A stretch of DNA of 64,000 nt from Squalus acanthias (taxonomy: Eukaryota): NCBI GenBank assembly GCA_030390025.1, contig JASTWF010000322.1, positions 124,001 to 188,000 on the forward strand, given 5' to 3'. Below are positions 10,780 to 24,400 of the stretch, piece after piece. The position numbers and the translations under genes were made by a program. A model generated the notes under the pieces. It had not been told where the DNA came from. It worked only from the letters and a program-made list of their open reading frames with translations, and made no database searches. Positions within the stretch are counted from its first letter, which is position 1; each line of letters begins with the position of its first letter.

Positions 10780-13700
10780 TCATCACAGACTCTACCCACC
10801 CATTTAATCTCCTCCCACAGCCCGTGTACACTCTCCCCTATCACAGACTCTACCCACCCATTGAATCTCCACCCACAGCCCATGTACACTCTCCCCTATC
10901 ACAGACTCTACCCACCCATTGAATCTCCACCCACAGCCCATGGACACTCTCCCCTATCACAGACTCTACCCACCCATTTAATCTCCACCCACAGCCCGTG
11001 TACACTCTCCCCTATCACAGACTCTACCCACCCATTGAATCTCCACCCACAGCCCATGTACACTCTCCCCTATCACAGACTCTACCCACCCATTTAATCT
11101 CCACCCACAGCCCATGGACACTCTCCCCTATCACAGACTCTACCCACCCATTTAATCTCCACCCACAGCCCATGGACACTCTCCCCTATCACAGACTCTA
11201 CCCACCCATTTAATCTCCACCCACAGCCCGTGTACCCTCTCCCCTATCACAGACTCTACCCACCCATTTAATCTCCACCCACAGCCCATGTACACTCTCC
11301 CCTATCACAGACTCTACCCACCCATTTAATCTCCACCCACAGCCCATGGACACTCTCCCCTATCATTGACTCTACCCATCCATTTAATCTCCACCCACAG
11401 CCCATGTACACTCTCCCCTATCACAGACTCTACCACCCATTGAATCTCCTCCCACAGCCCGTGTACACTCTCCCCTATCATTGTCTCTACCCACCCATTT
11501 AATCTCCTGCCACAGCCCATGGACACTCTCCCCTATCATTGTCTCTACCCATCCATTTAATCTCCTCCCACAGCCCATGGACACTCTCCCCTATCATGGA
11601 CTCTACCCACCCATTCAATTTCCCACAGCCCGTGTACACTCTCCCCTATCACAGACTCTACCCACCCATTGAATCTCCACCCACAGCCCATGGACACTCC
11701 CCCCTATCATTGTCTCTACCCACCCATTTAATCTCCTCCCACAGCCCATGGACACTCTCCCCTATCATTGTCTCTACCCATCCATTTAATCTCCTCCCAC
11801 AGCCCATGGACACTCTCCCCTATCATGGACTCTACCCACCCATTCAATTTCCCACAGCCCATGGACACTCTCCCCGATCACGGACTCTACCCACCTATTT
11901 AATCTCCTCCCACAGCCCATGGACACTCCCCCCTATCACGGACTCTACCCATCCATTTAATCTCCTCCCACAGCCCATGGACACTCTCCCCTATCACTGA
12001 CTCTACCCACCCATTGAATCTCCTCCCACAGCCCGTGTACACTCTCCCCTATCACAGACTCTACCCACCCATTTAATCTCCTCCCACAGCCCATGTACAC
12101 TCTCCCCTATCACGGACTCTACCCACCCATTTAATCTCCACCCACAGCCCATGGACACTCTCCCCTATCACGGACTCTACCCATCCATTTAATCACCTCC
12201 CACAGCCCATGTACACTCTCCCCTATCACGGACTCTACCACCCATTGAATCTCCTCCCACAGCCCGTGTACACTCTCCCCTATCATTGTCTCTACCCATC
12301 CATTTAATCTCCTCCCACAGCCCATGGACACTCTCCCCTATCACGGACTCTACCCACCCATTCAATTTCCCACAGCCCATGGACACTCTCCCCTATCACG
12401 GACTCTACCCACCCATTGAATCTCCTCCCACAGCCCGTGTACACTCTCCCCTATCACAGACTCTACCCACCCATTTAATCTCCACCCACAGCCCATGGAC
12501 ACTCTCCCCTATCACAGACTCTACCCACCCATTTAATCTCCACCCACAGCCCGTGTACCCTCTCCCCTATCACAGACTCTACCCACCCATTTAATCTCCA
12601 CCCACAGCCCATGTACACTCTCCCCTATCACAGACTCTACCCACCCATTTAATCTCCACCCACAGCCCATGGACACTCTCCCCTATCACGGACTCTACCC
12701 ATCCATTTAATCACCTCCCACAGCCCATGTACACTCTCCCCTATCACGGACTCTACCACCCATTGAATCTCCTCCCACAGCCCGTGTACACTCTCCCCTA
12801 TCATTGTCTCTACCCATCCATTTAATCTCCTCCCACAGCCCATGGACACTCTCCCCTATCACGGACTCTACCCACCCATTCAATTTCCCACAGCCCATGG
12901 ACACTCTCCCCTATCACGGACTCTACCCACCCATTGAATCTCCTCCCACAGCCCGTGTACACTCTCCCCTATCACAGACTCTACCCACCCATTTAATCTC
13001 CTCCCACAGCCCATGTACACTTTCCCCTATCACGGACTCTACCCACCCATTTAATCTCCACCCACAGCCCATGGACACTCTCCCCTATCACGGACTCTAC
13101 CCATCCATTTAATCACCTCCCACAGCTCATGTACACTCTCCCCTATCATGGACTCTACCACCCATTGAATCTCCTCCCACAGCCCGTGTACACTCTCCCC
13201 TATCATTGTCTCTACCCATCCATTTAATCTCCTCCCACAGCCCATGGACACTCTCCCCTATCATGGACTCTACCCACCCATTGAATCTCCTCCAACAGCC
13301 CATGTACACTCTCCCCTATCATGGACTCTCCCCACCCGTTTAATCTCCACCCACAGCCCATGTACACTCTCCCCTATCATTGTCTCTACCCATCCATTTA
13401 ATCTCCTCCCACTGCCCATGGACACTCTCCCCTATCACGGACTCTACCCACCCATTCAATTTCCCACAGCCCATGGACACTCTCCCCTATCACGGACTCT
13501 ACCCACCCATTGAATCTCCTCCAACAGCCCATGTACACTCTCCCCTATCATGGACTCTCCCCACCCGTTTAATCTCCACCCACAGCCCATGTACACTCTC
13601 CCCTATCACAGACTCTAACCACCCAATTAATCTCCTCCCACAGCCCATGTACACTCTCCCCTATCACGGACTCTACCCACCCATTTAATCTCCACCCACA

Positions 13701-14626
13701 GCCCATGGACACTCTCCCCTATCACGGACTCTACCCATCCATTTAATCACCTCCCACAGCCCATGTACACTCTCCCCTATCACGGACTCTACCACCCATT
13801 GAATCTCCTCCCACAGCCCGTGTACACTCTCCCCTATCACAGACTCTACCCACCCATTTAATCTCCACCCACAGCCCGTGTACACTCTCCCCTATCACAG
13901 ACTCTACCCGCCCATTTAATCTCCTCCCACAGCCCATCTACACTCTCCCCACCCATTTAATCTCCCACAGCCCATGTACACTCTCCCCTATCATGGACTC
14001 TACCCAACCATTTAATCTCCTCCCACAGCCCATGTACACTCTCCCCTATCACGGACTCTACCCACCCAATTAATCTCCTCCCACAGCCCATGTACACTGT
14101 CCCCTATCATGGACTCTACCCACCCATTTAATCTCCACCCACAGCCCATGTACACTCTCCCCTATCACGAACTCTACCCACCCATTTAATCTCCTCCCAC
14201 AGCCCATGTACACTCTCCCCTATCACGGACTCTACCCACCCATTTAATCACCTCCCACAGCCCATGTACACTCTCCCCTATCACGGACTCTACCCACCCA
14301 TTTAATCTCCTCCCACAGCCCGTGTACACTCTCCCCTATCACGGATTCTACCCACCCATTTAATCTCCTCCCACAGCCCGTGTACACTCTCCCCTATCAC
14401 GGACTCTACCCAACCATTTAATCTCCTCCCACAGCCCGTGTACACTCGCCCCTATCATGGACTCTACCCACCCATTTAATCTCCTCCCACAGCCCATGTA
14501 CACTCTCCCCTATCACGGACTCTACCCACCCATTTAATCTCCTCTCACAGCCCGTGTACATCTCCCCTATCACGGACTCTACCCACCCATTTAATCTCCT
14601 CTCACAGCCCATGTACACTCTCCCCT
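10780..14626. repeat. Minisatellite, about 58 bp unit, about 66 copies, directly downstream of the ISOC2 stop
   Basis: Unit catttaatctcctcccacagcccatgtacactctcccctatcacggactctacccacc. Confidence 0.95.
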
Positions 14627-14854
14627 GGCATGGATCTTTCCAACCTACCTAATCTTCTGAGGGAACGTTCTGATTGAACACGCACTGCCCAATCCCCAAC
14701 CCCTGACAGTGGAAAGCCGAGTGAAAAGGCCATTCAGCCCATCAAGGTTCATGCCTGCTGTACACAATGACGTGTGATTCTATCTCGATTTGCTCCTCTG
14801 GTTTCCCACTGTTATGTCGACCGTTGGATTACTCTACGCATCCCTAATTCTGTG

Positions 14855-14860
14855 AATAAA
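14855..14860 (+). terminator. Candidate ISOC2 polyadenylation signal AATAAA
   Basis: First AATAAA I could find after the stop codon. Confidence 0.4.
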
Positions 14861-14984
14861 CCTCTTCCTGATAATCCGCTCCAAATCTTCAGTCCTTTCC
14901 CGATGTGGACTCGAGCCTATGCTGTAGGCCGCACTTGTATTTCCCAGCGGGCGTTTATCTTTCTGCAGCATTCGAACCCAAAAA

Positions 14985-17900
14985 GGAGGAGTTCCATTCA
15001 GCCCCCTCGAGCCTGTTACACAGGAACAGGAGGAGGCCCATTCAGCCCCCTCGAGCCTGTTACACAGTAACAGGAGGAGGCCCATTCAGCCCCTCGAGCC
15101 TGTTACACAGGAACAGGAGGAGGCCCATTCAGCCTCTCGAGCCTGTTACACAGGAACAGGAGGAGGCCCATTCAGCGCCTCGAGCCTGTCACACAGGAAC
15201 AGGCCCATTCAGCCCCCTCGAGCCTGTTACACAGGAACAGGAGGAGGCCCATTCAGCTCCCTCGAGCCTGTTACACAGGAACAGGAGGAGGCCCATTCAG
15301 CCCTCTCGAGCCTGTTACCCAGGAACAGGAGGAGGCCCATTCAGCCCCTCGAGCCTGTTACAGAGGAACAGGAGGAGGCCCATTCAGTCTCTCGAGCCTG
15401 TTACACAGGAACAGGAGGAGGCCCATTCAGCCCCTCGAGCCTGTTACACAGGAACAGGAGGAGGCCCATTCAGCCTCTCGAGCCTGTTACACAGGAACAG
15501 GAGGAGGCCCATTCAGCGCCTCGAGCCTGTCACACAGGAACAGGCCCATTCAGCCCCCTCGAGCCTGTTACACAGGAACAGGAGGAGGCCCATTCAGCTC
15601 CCTCGAGCCTGTTACACAGGAACAGGAGGAGGCCCATTCAGCCCTCTCGAGCCTGTTACCCAGGAACAGGAGGAGGCCCATTCAGCCCCTCGAGCCTGTT
15701 ACACAGGAACAGCAGGAGGCCCATTCAGCCCCTCGAGCCTGTTACACAGGAACAGCAGGAGGCCCATTCAGCCCCTCGAGCCTGTTACACAGGAACAGGT
15801 AGAGGCCATTCAGCCCCTCGAGCCTGTCACACAGGAACAGGAGGAGGCCCATTCCGCCCCTCCAGCCTGTTACACAGGAACAGGAGGAGGCCCGTTCAGC
15901 CCCTCGAGCCTGATACACAGGAACAGGAGGAGGCCCATTCAGCCCCTCGAGCCTGTTACACAGGAACAGGAGGAGGCCCATTCAGCCCCTCCAGCCTGTT
16001 AAACAGGAACAGGAGGGGGCCCGTTCAGCCACCTCGAGCCTGTTACACAGGAACAGGAGGAGGCCCGTTCAGCCCCCTCGAGCCTGTTACACAGAAACAG
16101 GAGGAGGCCCATTCAGCCCCTCGAGCCTGTTACACGGGTACAGGAGGAGGGCCATTCAGCCCCTCCAGCCTGTTACACAGGAACAGGAGGAGGCCCATTC
16201 AGCCCCTCGAGCCTGTTACCCAGGAACAGGAGGAGGCCCATTCAGCCCCTCGAGCCTGTTACACAGGAACAGGAGGAGGCCCATTCAGCCCCTCGAGCCT
16301 GTTACACAGGAACAGGAGGAGGCCCATTCAGCCCCTCCAGCCTGTTAAACAGGAACAGGAGGGGGCCCGTTCAGCCACCTCGAGCCTGTTACACAGGAAC
16401 AGGAGGAGGCCCGTTCAGCCCCCTCGAGCCTGTTACACAGAAACAGGAGGAGGCCCATTCAGCCCCTCGAGCCTGTTACACGGGTACAGGAGGAGGGCCA
16501 TTCAGCCCCTCGAGCCTGTTACACAGGAACAGGAGGAGGCCCATTCAGCCCCTCGAGCCTGTTACCCAGGAACAGGAGGAGGCCCATTCAGCCCCTCGAG
16601 CCTGTTACACAGGAACAGGAGGGGGTCCATTCAGCCCCTCGAGCCTGTTACACGGGAACAGGAGGAGGCCCATTCAGCCCCTCGAGCCTGTTACACAGGA
16701 GCAGCCCCATTCAGCCCCTCGAGACTGTTACACAGGAACAGGAGGAGGCCCATTCAGCCCCTCGAGCCTGTTACACAGGAACAGGAGGAGGCCCATTCAG
16801 CCCCTCGAGCCTGTTACACAGGAACAGGAGGAGGCCCAATCAGCCCCTCGAGCCTGTTACACAGGAACAGGAGGAGGCCCAATCAGCCCCTCGAGCCTGT
16901 TACACAGGAACAGGAGGAGGGCCATTCAGCCCCCTCGAGCCTGTTACACAGGAACAGGAGGAGGCCCATTCAGCCCCTCGAGCCTGTTACACAGGATCAG
17001 CAGGAGGCCCATTCAGCCCCTCGAGCCTGTTACACAGGAACAGGTAGAGGCCATTCAGCCCCTCGAGCCTGTCACACAGGAACAGGAGGAGGCCCATTCA
17101 GCCCCTCCAGCCTGTTACACAGGAACAGGAGGAGGCCCGTTCAGCCCCTCGAGCCTGATACACAGGAACAGGAGGAGGCCCATTCAGCCCCTCGAGCCTG
17201 TTACACAGGAACAGGAGGAGGCCCATTCAGCCCCTCCAGCCTGTTAAACAGGAACAGGAGGGGGCCCGTTCAGCCACCTCGAGCCTGTTACACAGGAACA
17301 GGAGGAGGCCCGTTCAGCCCCCTCGAGCCTGTTACACAGGAACAGGAGGAGGCCCATTCAGCCCCTCGAGCCTGTTACACGGGTACAGGAGGAGGGCCAT
17401 TCAGCCCCTCGAGCCTGTTACACAGGAACAGGAGGAGGCCCATTCAGCCCCTCGAGCCTGTTACCCAGGAACAGGAGGAGGCCCATTCAGCCCCTCGAGC
17501 CTGTTACACAGGAACAGGAGGGGGCCCATTCAGCCCCTCGAGCCTGTTACACGGGAACAGGAGGAGGCCCATTCAGCCCCTCGAGCCTGTTACACGGGAA
17601 CAGGAGGATGCCCATTCAGCCCCTCGAGCCTGTTACACAGGAACAGGAGAAGGCCCATTCAGCACCTCGAGCCTGTTGCACAGGAACAGGAGGAGGCCCA
17701 TTCAGCCCCTCGAGCCTGTTGCACAGGAACAGGAGGAGGCCCATTCAGCCCCCTCGAGCCTGTTACACAGGAACAGGAGGAGGCCCATTCAGCGCCTCGA
17801 GCCTGTCACACAGGAACAGGCCCATTCAGCCCCCTCGAGCCTGTTACACAGGAACAGGAGGAGGCCCATTCAGCTCCCTCGAGCCTGTTATACAGGAACA

Positions 17901-19522
17901 GGAGGAGGCCCATTCAGCCCTCTCGAGCCTGTTACCCAGGAACAGGAGGAGGCCCATTCAGCCCCCTCGAGCCTGTTACACAGGAACAGGAGGAGGCCCA
18001 TTCAGCCCCCTCGAGCCTGTTAGACAGGAACAGGAGGAGGCCCATTCAGCCCCTCGAGCCTGTTACACAGTACAGGAGGAGGCCCATTCAGCCACCTCGA
18101 GCCTGTTACACAGGAACAGGAGGATGCCCATTCAGCCCCTCGAGCCTGTTACACAGGAACAGGAGGAGGCCCATTCAGTCCCTCGAGCCTGTTACACAGG
18201 AACAGGAGGAGGCCCATTCAGCCCCTCGAGTCTGTTACACAGGAACAGGAGGAGGCCCATTCAGCCCCTCGAGCCTGTTACACAGGAACAGGAGGAGGCC
18301 CATTCAGACCCTCGAGCCTGTTACACAGGAACAGGAGGAGGCCCATTCAGCCCCTCCAGCCTGTTAAACAGGAACAGGAGGAGGCCCGTTCAGCCACCTC
18401 GAGCCTGTTACACAGGAACAGGAGAAGGCCCGTTAAGCCCCCTCGAGCCTGTTACACAGGAACAGGAGGAGGCCCATTCAGCCCCTCGAGCCTGTTACAC
18501 GGGTACAGGAGGAGGGCTATTCAGCCCCTCGAGCCTGTTACACAGGAACAGGAGGAGGCCCATTCAGCCCCTCGAGGCTGTTACCCAGGAACAGGAGGAG
18601 GCCCATTCAGCCCCTCGAGCCTGTTACACAGGAACAGGAGGCGGCCCATTCAGCCCCTCGAGCCTGTTACACGGGAACAGGAGGAGGCCCATTCAGCCCC
18701 TCGAGCCTGTTACACAGGAACAGGAGGAGGCCCATTCAGCCCCTCGAGCCTGTTACACAGGAGCAGGCCCATTCAGCCCCTCGAGACTGTTACACAGGAA
18801 CAGGAGGAGGCCCATTCAGCCCCTCGAGCCTGTTACACAGGAACAGGAGGAGGCCCATTCAGCCCCTCGAGCCTGTTACACAGGAACAGGAGGAGGCCCA
18901 ATCAGCCCCTCGAGCCTGTTACACAGGAACAGGAGGAGGGCCATTCAGCCCCCTCGAGCCTGTTACACAGGAACAGGAGGAGGCCCATTCAGCCCCTCGA
19001 GCCTGTTACACAGGAACAGGAGGATGCCCATTCAGCCCCTCGAGCCTGTTACACAGGAACAGGAGAAGGCCCATTCAGCACCTCGAGCCTGTTGCACAGG
19101 AACAGGAGGAGGCCCATTCAGCCCCTCGAGCCTGTTGCACAGGAACAGGAGGAGGCCCATTCAGCCCCCTCGAGCCTGTTACACAGGAACAGGAGGAGGC
19201 CCATTCAGCTCCCTCGAGCCTGTCACACAGGAACAGGAGGAGGCCCATTCAGCCCCTCGAGCCTGTTACACAGTACAGGAGGAGGCCCATTCAGCCGCCT
19301 CGAGCCTGTTACACAGGAACAGGAGGAGGCCCATTCAGCCCCTCGAGCCTGTTACACAGGAACAGGAGGAGGCCCATTCAGCCCCTCGAGCCTGTTACAC
19401 AGGAACAGGAGGAGGCCCATTCAGCCCCTCGAGCCTGTTACACAGGAACAGGAGGAGGCCCATTCAGACCCTCGAGCCTGTTACACAGGAACAGGAGGAG
19501 GCCCATTCAGCCCCTCGAGCTT
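14985..19522 (-). repeat. 43-bp CR1-tail minisatellite, about 105 copies
   Basis: Unit gttacacaggaacaggaggaggcccattcagcccctcgagcct, contiguous with the CR1 3' end at 19523-19765. Confidence 0.95.
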
Positions 19523-19765
19523 GTTCCGCCATTCAGTGAGATCATGAGCTGATCTGTATCCTAATTCCAATCACCTGTCTTGGCTCAATATCCCTTCATA
19601 ACCCTTGTCTAGCAAATATCTATTGATCTCAGATTTATAAATGATTAATTGACCCCCAGCATCTAGTGCTTTTTGTGGGAGAGAGTTCCACACTTCTACC
19701 ACCCTTTGTGTAAAGAAGTGTTTCCCTAACTTCTCTCCTGAATGGCCTGGCTCTGATTTTAAAGT
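19523..19765 (-). mobile_element. CR1 3' fragment that runs into the 43-bp array
   Basis: Minus-strand [13 protein letters not shown] followed by the CR1 3' UTR. Confidence 0.8.
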
Positions 19766-19769
19766 TTTG

Positions 19770-20447
19770 CTGAAACTTTCTAAAACACTGGTTAGGCCCC
19801 AGCTGGAGTATTGTGTCCAATTCTGGGCACCGCACTTTAGGAAGGATGTCTAGGCCTTGGAGAGGGTGCGGAGGAGATTGACCAGAATGGTACCAGGGAT
19901 GAGGGACCTCAGTGATGTGGAGAGACTGGAGAAGCTGGGGTTGTTCTCCTTAGAGCAGAGAAGGTTAAGGTGGAGATTGACCAGAATGGTACCAGGGATG
20001 AGGGACTTCAGTTACTTGGAGAGACTGGAGAAGCTGGAATTGTTCTCCTTGGAGCAGAGAAGGTTAAGGGGAGATTTAATAGAGGTGTTCACAATTATGA
20101 AGGGTTTTGATGGAGTAAATAAGGAGAAACTGTTTCCAGTGGCAGGAGGGTGGGTAACCAGAGGGGACAGATTGAAGATAATCGGCAAAAGAACCAGAGG
20201 GGGAGATGAGGAAACATTTCTTTACGCAGCGAGTTGTTGTGATCTGGAACGCGCTGCCTGAAAGGGCGGTGGAAGCAGATTCAATAGTAACTTTCAAAAG
20301 GGGAATTGGAGAAATACTTGAAGGGGAAAAATTTGCAGGGCTGTGGGGGAAGAGCGGGGGGAGAGTGGGACTAATTGGAGAGCTCGACCAAAGAGCCGGC
20401 ACAGGCACGATGGGCCGAATGGCCTCCTGTGCAATATGATTCTATGA
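19770..20447 (+). mobile_element. CR1 3' fragment with an internal duplication of about 100 bp
   Basis: LTRMVPGMRD...LEQRRLR occurs twice; tail tatgattctatga. Confidence 0.85.
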
Positions 20448-20551
20448 CCGTAAACATTTAAATAATATTTTAACAATATAGTTTGTTGCGTGGGGAAATA
20501 TATTTACAGCTCATCACACACTCCTGGCATTGTATATCCTATCGCTCTCCT

Positions 20552-21166
20552 ACAAGAGCAGGTCAGAGGCTGGGTATTCTGCGGCGAGTGTCTCACCTCC
20601 TGACTCCCCAAAGCCTTTCCACCATCTGCAAGGCACAAGTCAGGAGTATGATGGAATACTCTCCACTTGCCTGGATGAGTGCAGCTCCAACAACACTCAA
20701 GAAGCTCGACACCATCCAGGACAAAGCAGCCCGCTTGATCGGCACCCCATCCACCACCTTAAACATTCACTCCCTCCACCACCGGCGCACCGTGGCTGCA
20801 GTGTGCACCATCTACAAGATGCACTGCAGCAACTCGCCAAGGCTTCTTCGGCAGCACCTCCCAAACCCGCGACCTCTTCCACCTAGAAGGACAAGGGCAG
20901 CAGGCGCATGGGAACACCACCACCTCCAAGTTCCACCTCCAAGTCACACACCAGCTCGACTTGGAAATATATCGGCCGTTCCTTCATCGTCGCTGGGTCA
21001 AAATCCTGGAACTCCCTCCCTAACAGCACTGTGGGAGCACCTTCACCACACGGACTGCAGCGGTTCAAGAAGGTGGCTCACCACCACCTTCTCAAGGGCA
21101 ACTCGGGATGGACAATAAATGCTGGCCTTGCCAGTGACGCCCACATCCTGTGAATGAATAAAAAAT
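20552..21166 (+). mobile_element. 3' fragment of a distinct CR1/L2-superfamily LINE
   Basis: KAQVRSMMEYSPLAW...LDTIQDKAARLI (RT C-terminal region); 3' end aataaatgctggccttgccagtgacgcccacatcctgtgaatgaataaaaaa. Confidence 0.75.
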
Positions 21167-21294
21167 AGGACTCTCTGATAAGGTGACTAATCATCAGTGT
21201 CTCAGTATCTATACAAGCCGTAAACTCCAATCTATGGCAGCTTACTGACATCTACTGGCTGAAGCCAATACTGCGACCGAGTGAGAACAGATTC

Positions 21295-21466
21295 AACAAA
21301 GACTTGCATTTCTATGGCGCCTTTCCCGATCTCAGGACGTCCCAAAGCGCTTTACAGCCAATGAAGTACTTTTTGTCACTGTTGTAATGTAGGAAACGCA
21401 GCAGCCAATTTGCGCACAGCAAGCTCCCACAAACAGCAATGCGTTAATGGCCAGATCATCTGTTTT
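21295..21466 (-). mobile_element. L2/SINE-type 3' tail fragment
   Basis: Reverse complement contains gtaaagcgctttgggacgtcctgag, like the L2 tail near 4540. Confidence 0.6.
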
Positions 21467-21489
21467 TCATTGTGTCATTGAATAGCAGA

Positions 21490-24400
21490 ACAGGCTCGAG
21501 GGGCTGAATGGGCCTCCTCCTGTTCCTGTGTAACAGGCTCGAGGGGCTGAATGGGCCTCCTCCTGTTCCTGTGTAACAGGCTCGAGGGGCTGAATGGGCC
21601 TCCTCCTGTTCCTGTGTAACAGGCTCCAGGGGCTGAATGGGCCTCTTCCTGTTCCTGTGTAACAGGCTCGAGGGGCTGAATGGGCTTCCTCCTGTTCCTG
21701 TGTAACAGGCTCGAGGGGCTGAATGGGCCTCCTCCTGTTCCTGTGTAACAGGCTCGAGGGGCTGAATGGGCCTCCTCCTGTTCCTGTGTAACAGGCTCCA
21801 GGGGCTGAATGGGCCTCCTCCTGTTCCTGTGTAACAGGCTCCAGGGGCTGAATGGGCCTCCTCCTGCTCCTGTGTAACTGGCTCGAGGGCTTAATGGGCC
21901 TCCTCCTGTTCCTGTGTAACAGGCTCGAGGCGGCTGAATGGGCCTCCTCCTGTTCCTGTGTAACAGGCTCGAGGCGCTGAATGGGCCTCCTCCTGTTCCT
22001 GTGTAACAGGCTCAGGAGGCTGCATGGGCCTCCTCCTGTTCCTATGTAACAGGCTCGGGGGGCGCTGAATGGGCCTCCTCCTGTTCCTGTGTAACAGACT
22101 CGAGGGGCTGAATGGGCCTCCTCCTGTTCCTGTGTAACAGGCTCGAGCGACTGAATGGACCTCCTCCTGTTCCTGTGTAACAGGCTCGAGGGGCTGAATG
22201 GGCCTCCTCCTGTTCCTGTGTAACAGACTCGAGGGGCTGAATGGGCCTCCTCCTGTTCCTGTGTAACAGACTCGAGGGGCTGAATGGGTCTCCTCCTGTT
22301 CCTGTGCAACAGGCTCGAGGGACTGAATGGGCCTCCTCCTGTTCCTGTGTAACAGGCTCGAGGGGCTGAATGGGCCTCCTCCTGTTCCTGTGTAACAGGC
22401 TCGAGGGACTGAATGGGCCTTCTCCTGTTCCTGTGTAACAGGCTCAGGGGGCTGAAAGGGCCTCCTCCTGTTCCTATGTAACAGGCTCGGGGGGCGCTGA
22501 ATGGGCCTCCTCCTGTTCCTGTGTAACAGGCTCGAGGGGCTGAATGGGCCTCCTCCTGTTCCTGTGTAACAGGGTCGAGGGGCTGAATGGGCCTCCTCCT
22601 GTTCCTGTGTAACAGGCTCGAGGGGGCTGAATGGGCCTCCTCCTATTCCTGTGTAACAGGCTCGAGGGGCTGAATGGGCCTCCTCCTGTTCCTGTGTAAC
22701 AGGCTCGAGGGACTGAATGGGCCTCCTCCTGTTCCTGTGTAACAGACTCGAGGGGCTGAATGGGCCTCCTCCTGTTCCTGTGTAACAGGCTCGAGGGACT
22801 GAATGGGCCTCCTCCTGTTCCTGTGTAACAGGCTCGAGGGGCTGAATGGGCCTCCTCCTGTTCCTGTGTAACAGGCTCGAGGGACTGAATGGGCCTCCTC
22901 CTGTTCCTGTGTAACAGACTCGAGGGGCTGAATGGGCCTCCTCCTGTTCCTGTGTAACAGGCTCGAGGGACTGAATGGGCCTCCTCCTGTTCCTGTGTAA
23001 CAGGCTCAGGGGCTGAATGGGCCTCCTCCTGTTCCTATGTAACAGGCTCGGGGGGCGCTGAATGGGCCTCCTCCTGTTCCTGTGTAACAGGCTCAAGGGG
23101 CTGAATGGGCCTCCTCCTGTTCCTGTGTAACAGGCTCGAGGGGCTGAATGGGCCTCTTCCTGTTCCTGTGTAACAGGCTCGAGGGGGCTGAATGGGCCTC
23201 CTCCTGTTCATGTGTAACAGGCTCGAGGGGCTGAATGGGCCTCCTCCTGTTCCTGTGTAACAGGCTCGAGGGGCTGAATGGACCTCCTTCTGTTCCTGTG
23301 TAACAGGCTCGAGGGGCTGAATGGGCCTCCTCTGTTCCTGTGTAACAGGCTCGAGATGGCTGAATGGGCCTCCTCCTATTCCTGTGTCACAAGCTCGAGG
23401 GGCTGAATGGGCCTGTTCCTGTGTAGCAGGCTCGAGGGGCTGAATGGGCCTCCTCCTGTTCCTGTGTAACAGGCTCGAGGGGCTGAATGGGCCTCCTCCT
23501 GTTCCTGTGTAACAGGCTCGAGGGGGCTGAATGGGCCTCCTCCTGTTCCTGTGTAACAGGCTCGAGGGGCTGAATGGGCCTCCTCCTGTTCCTGTGTAAC
23601 AGGCTTGAGGGTGCTAAATGGGCCTCCTCCTGTTCCCGTGTAACAGGCTCGAGGGGCTGAATGGGCCTCCTCCTGTTCCTGTGTAACAGGCTCGAGAGGC
23701 TGAATGGCCTCCTCCTGTTCCTGTGTAACAGGCTCGAGGGGCTGAATGGGCCTCCTCCTGTTCCTGTGTAACAGGCCCGAAGGGCTGAATGGGCCTCCTC
23801 CTGTTCCTGTGTAACAGGCTCGAGGGTCTGAATGGGCCTCCTCCTGTTCCTGTGTAAACAGGCTCGAGGGGCTGAATGGGCCTCCTCCTGTACCTGTGTA
23901 ACAGGCTCGAGGATCTGAATGGGCCTCCTCCTGTTCCTGTGTAACAGGCTCGAGGGGCTGAATGGGCCTCCTCCTGTTCCTGTGTAACAGGCTTGAGGTT
24001 GCTAAATGGGCCTCCTCCTGTTCCCGTGTAACAGGCTCGAGGGGCTGAATGGGCCTCCTCCTGTTCCTGTGTAACAGGCTTGAGGGTGCTAAATGGGCCT
24101 CCTCTGTTCCTGTGTAACAGGCTCGAGATGGCTGAATGGGCCTCCTCCTATTCCTGTGTCACAAGCTCGTGGGGCTGAATGGGCCTGTTCCTGTGTAGCA
24201 GGCTCGAGGGGCTGAATGGGCCTCCTCCTGTTCCTGTGTAACAGGCTCGAGGGGCTGAATGGGCCTCCTCCTGTTCCTGTGTAACAGGCTCGAGGGGGCT
24301 GAATGGGCCTCCTCCTGTTCCTGTGTAACAGGCTCGAGGGGCTGAATGGGCCTCCTCCTGTTCCTGTGTAACAGGCTTGAGGGTGCTAAATGGGCCTCCT

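Noticed and set aside
305..14626. Regular repeats as CRISPR arrays
   Set aside because: Units are head-to-tail with no unique spacers, there are no cas genes, and the context is a spliced eukaryotic gene.
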